This document shows positions 26,193 through 26,567 of a stretch of DNA of 26,567 bases, piece by piece; position 1 is the stretch's first letter, and each line of letters begins with the position of its first letter. Location of the stretch: contig JBHIAE010000039.1 in the NCBI GenBank assembly GCA_046758445.1, forward strand, positions 1 through 26,567, written 5' to 3'. A program made the position numbers and the translations under genes. Source of the DNA: Candidatus Thorarchaeota archaeon (GTDB taxonomy: Archaea > Asgardarchaeota > Thorarchaeia > Thorarchaeales > Thorarchaeaceae). A model generated the notes under the pieces. That model was given only the letters and a program-made list of their open reading frames with translations. It had not been told where the DNA came from and made no database searches.

Positions 26193-26567
26193 TTGACATC
26201 CGATCTCTATGACACAATCATCGTAGGTGGAGGCCCGGCGGGATGTTCGGGAGCACTCCACTTGGCGTTTCACAAGCGCAGAGTACTCGTCCTGGATCGA
26301 GGAACCAGTCCCATGTACTTCCACACGAACACCATCATGAATTTCGCTTCCGGAGAGCCTTATCATGAGGGTAGGACGCTTCTCCGGCAGATCCAGGGTG
26401 TTTCTCGTTCTGCTGGAGCGGAATTCAAAGAGGCAAACGTAGTTCAGGTTTCAGGGAGGTACCCGCATTTCACTGTAAAGACGGACAGAAGCTTCCGTGC
26501 AAAAGACAAGAACGAATACCATACCAAGACACTTCTCTTCGCAACAGGAACTGCCAGGAAACACCCC
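26193..26567 (+). CDS. TrxB-like FAD-dependent oxidoreductase, N-terminal part (truncated by window; not in ORF track)
   Basis: GGAGG at 26181, TTG start, YDTIIVGGGPAGCSGALHL...LLFATG. Open to the window end. Confidence 0.85.
   Translation, partial: MTSDLYDTIIVGGGPAGCSGALHLAFHKRRVLVLDRGTSPMYFHTNTIMNFASGEPYHEGRTLLRQIQGVSRSAGAEFKEANVVQVSGRYPHFTVKTDRSFRAKDKNEYHTKTLLFATGTARKHP

Noticed and set aside
1-26567. Genome-wide TAG recoding (pyrrolysine code)
   Set aside because: TAG terminates many full-length conserved genes here (e.g. 2849, 5305, 11760, 12725, 15653, 19847), so it is a normal stop.

Overview
Archaeal chromosomal segment, most likely Asgard (Thorarchaeia-like). This is inferred from the Rab-like small GTPase, the arrestin-fold protein, the 22-aa IDLxPL leucine-rich repeat protein, the membrane-anchored Ig-like surface protein and archaeal TATA-type promoters. 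Left part: a 4-repeat membrane protein, a PadR + BtrH-like operon with a tandem palindromic operator, a ~16-TM histidine kinase, an orphan glycyl radical enzyme of the diol-dehydratase class, isoaspartyl peptidase, thioredoxin, an EamA transporter and an M32 carboxypeptidase. Middle: a convergent arrestin-like / atypical small GTPase pair, then a sulfur-relay cluster (tusA, a stand-alone DsrE protein, dsrE-F-H/tusD-C-B) in which several genes carry small lesions that the ORF track hides. Right part: LRR protein, two tandem paralogous unknown small proteins, a thiol-redox cluster (PDO, YciI, atypical TrxB, monothiol glutaredoxin, ferritin-like), an RHH regulator, iorAB, a surface protein and a truncated flavoprotein. 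No rRNA, tRNA, CRISPR array or mobile element was seen. Family assignments come from motifs I recognise, not from database searches.
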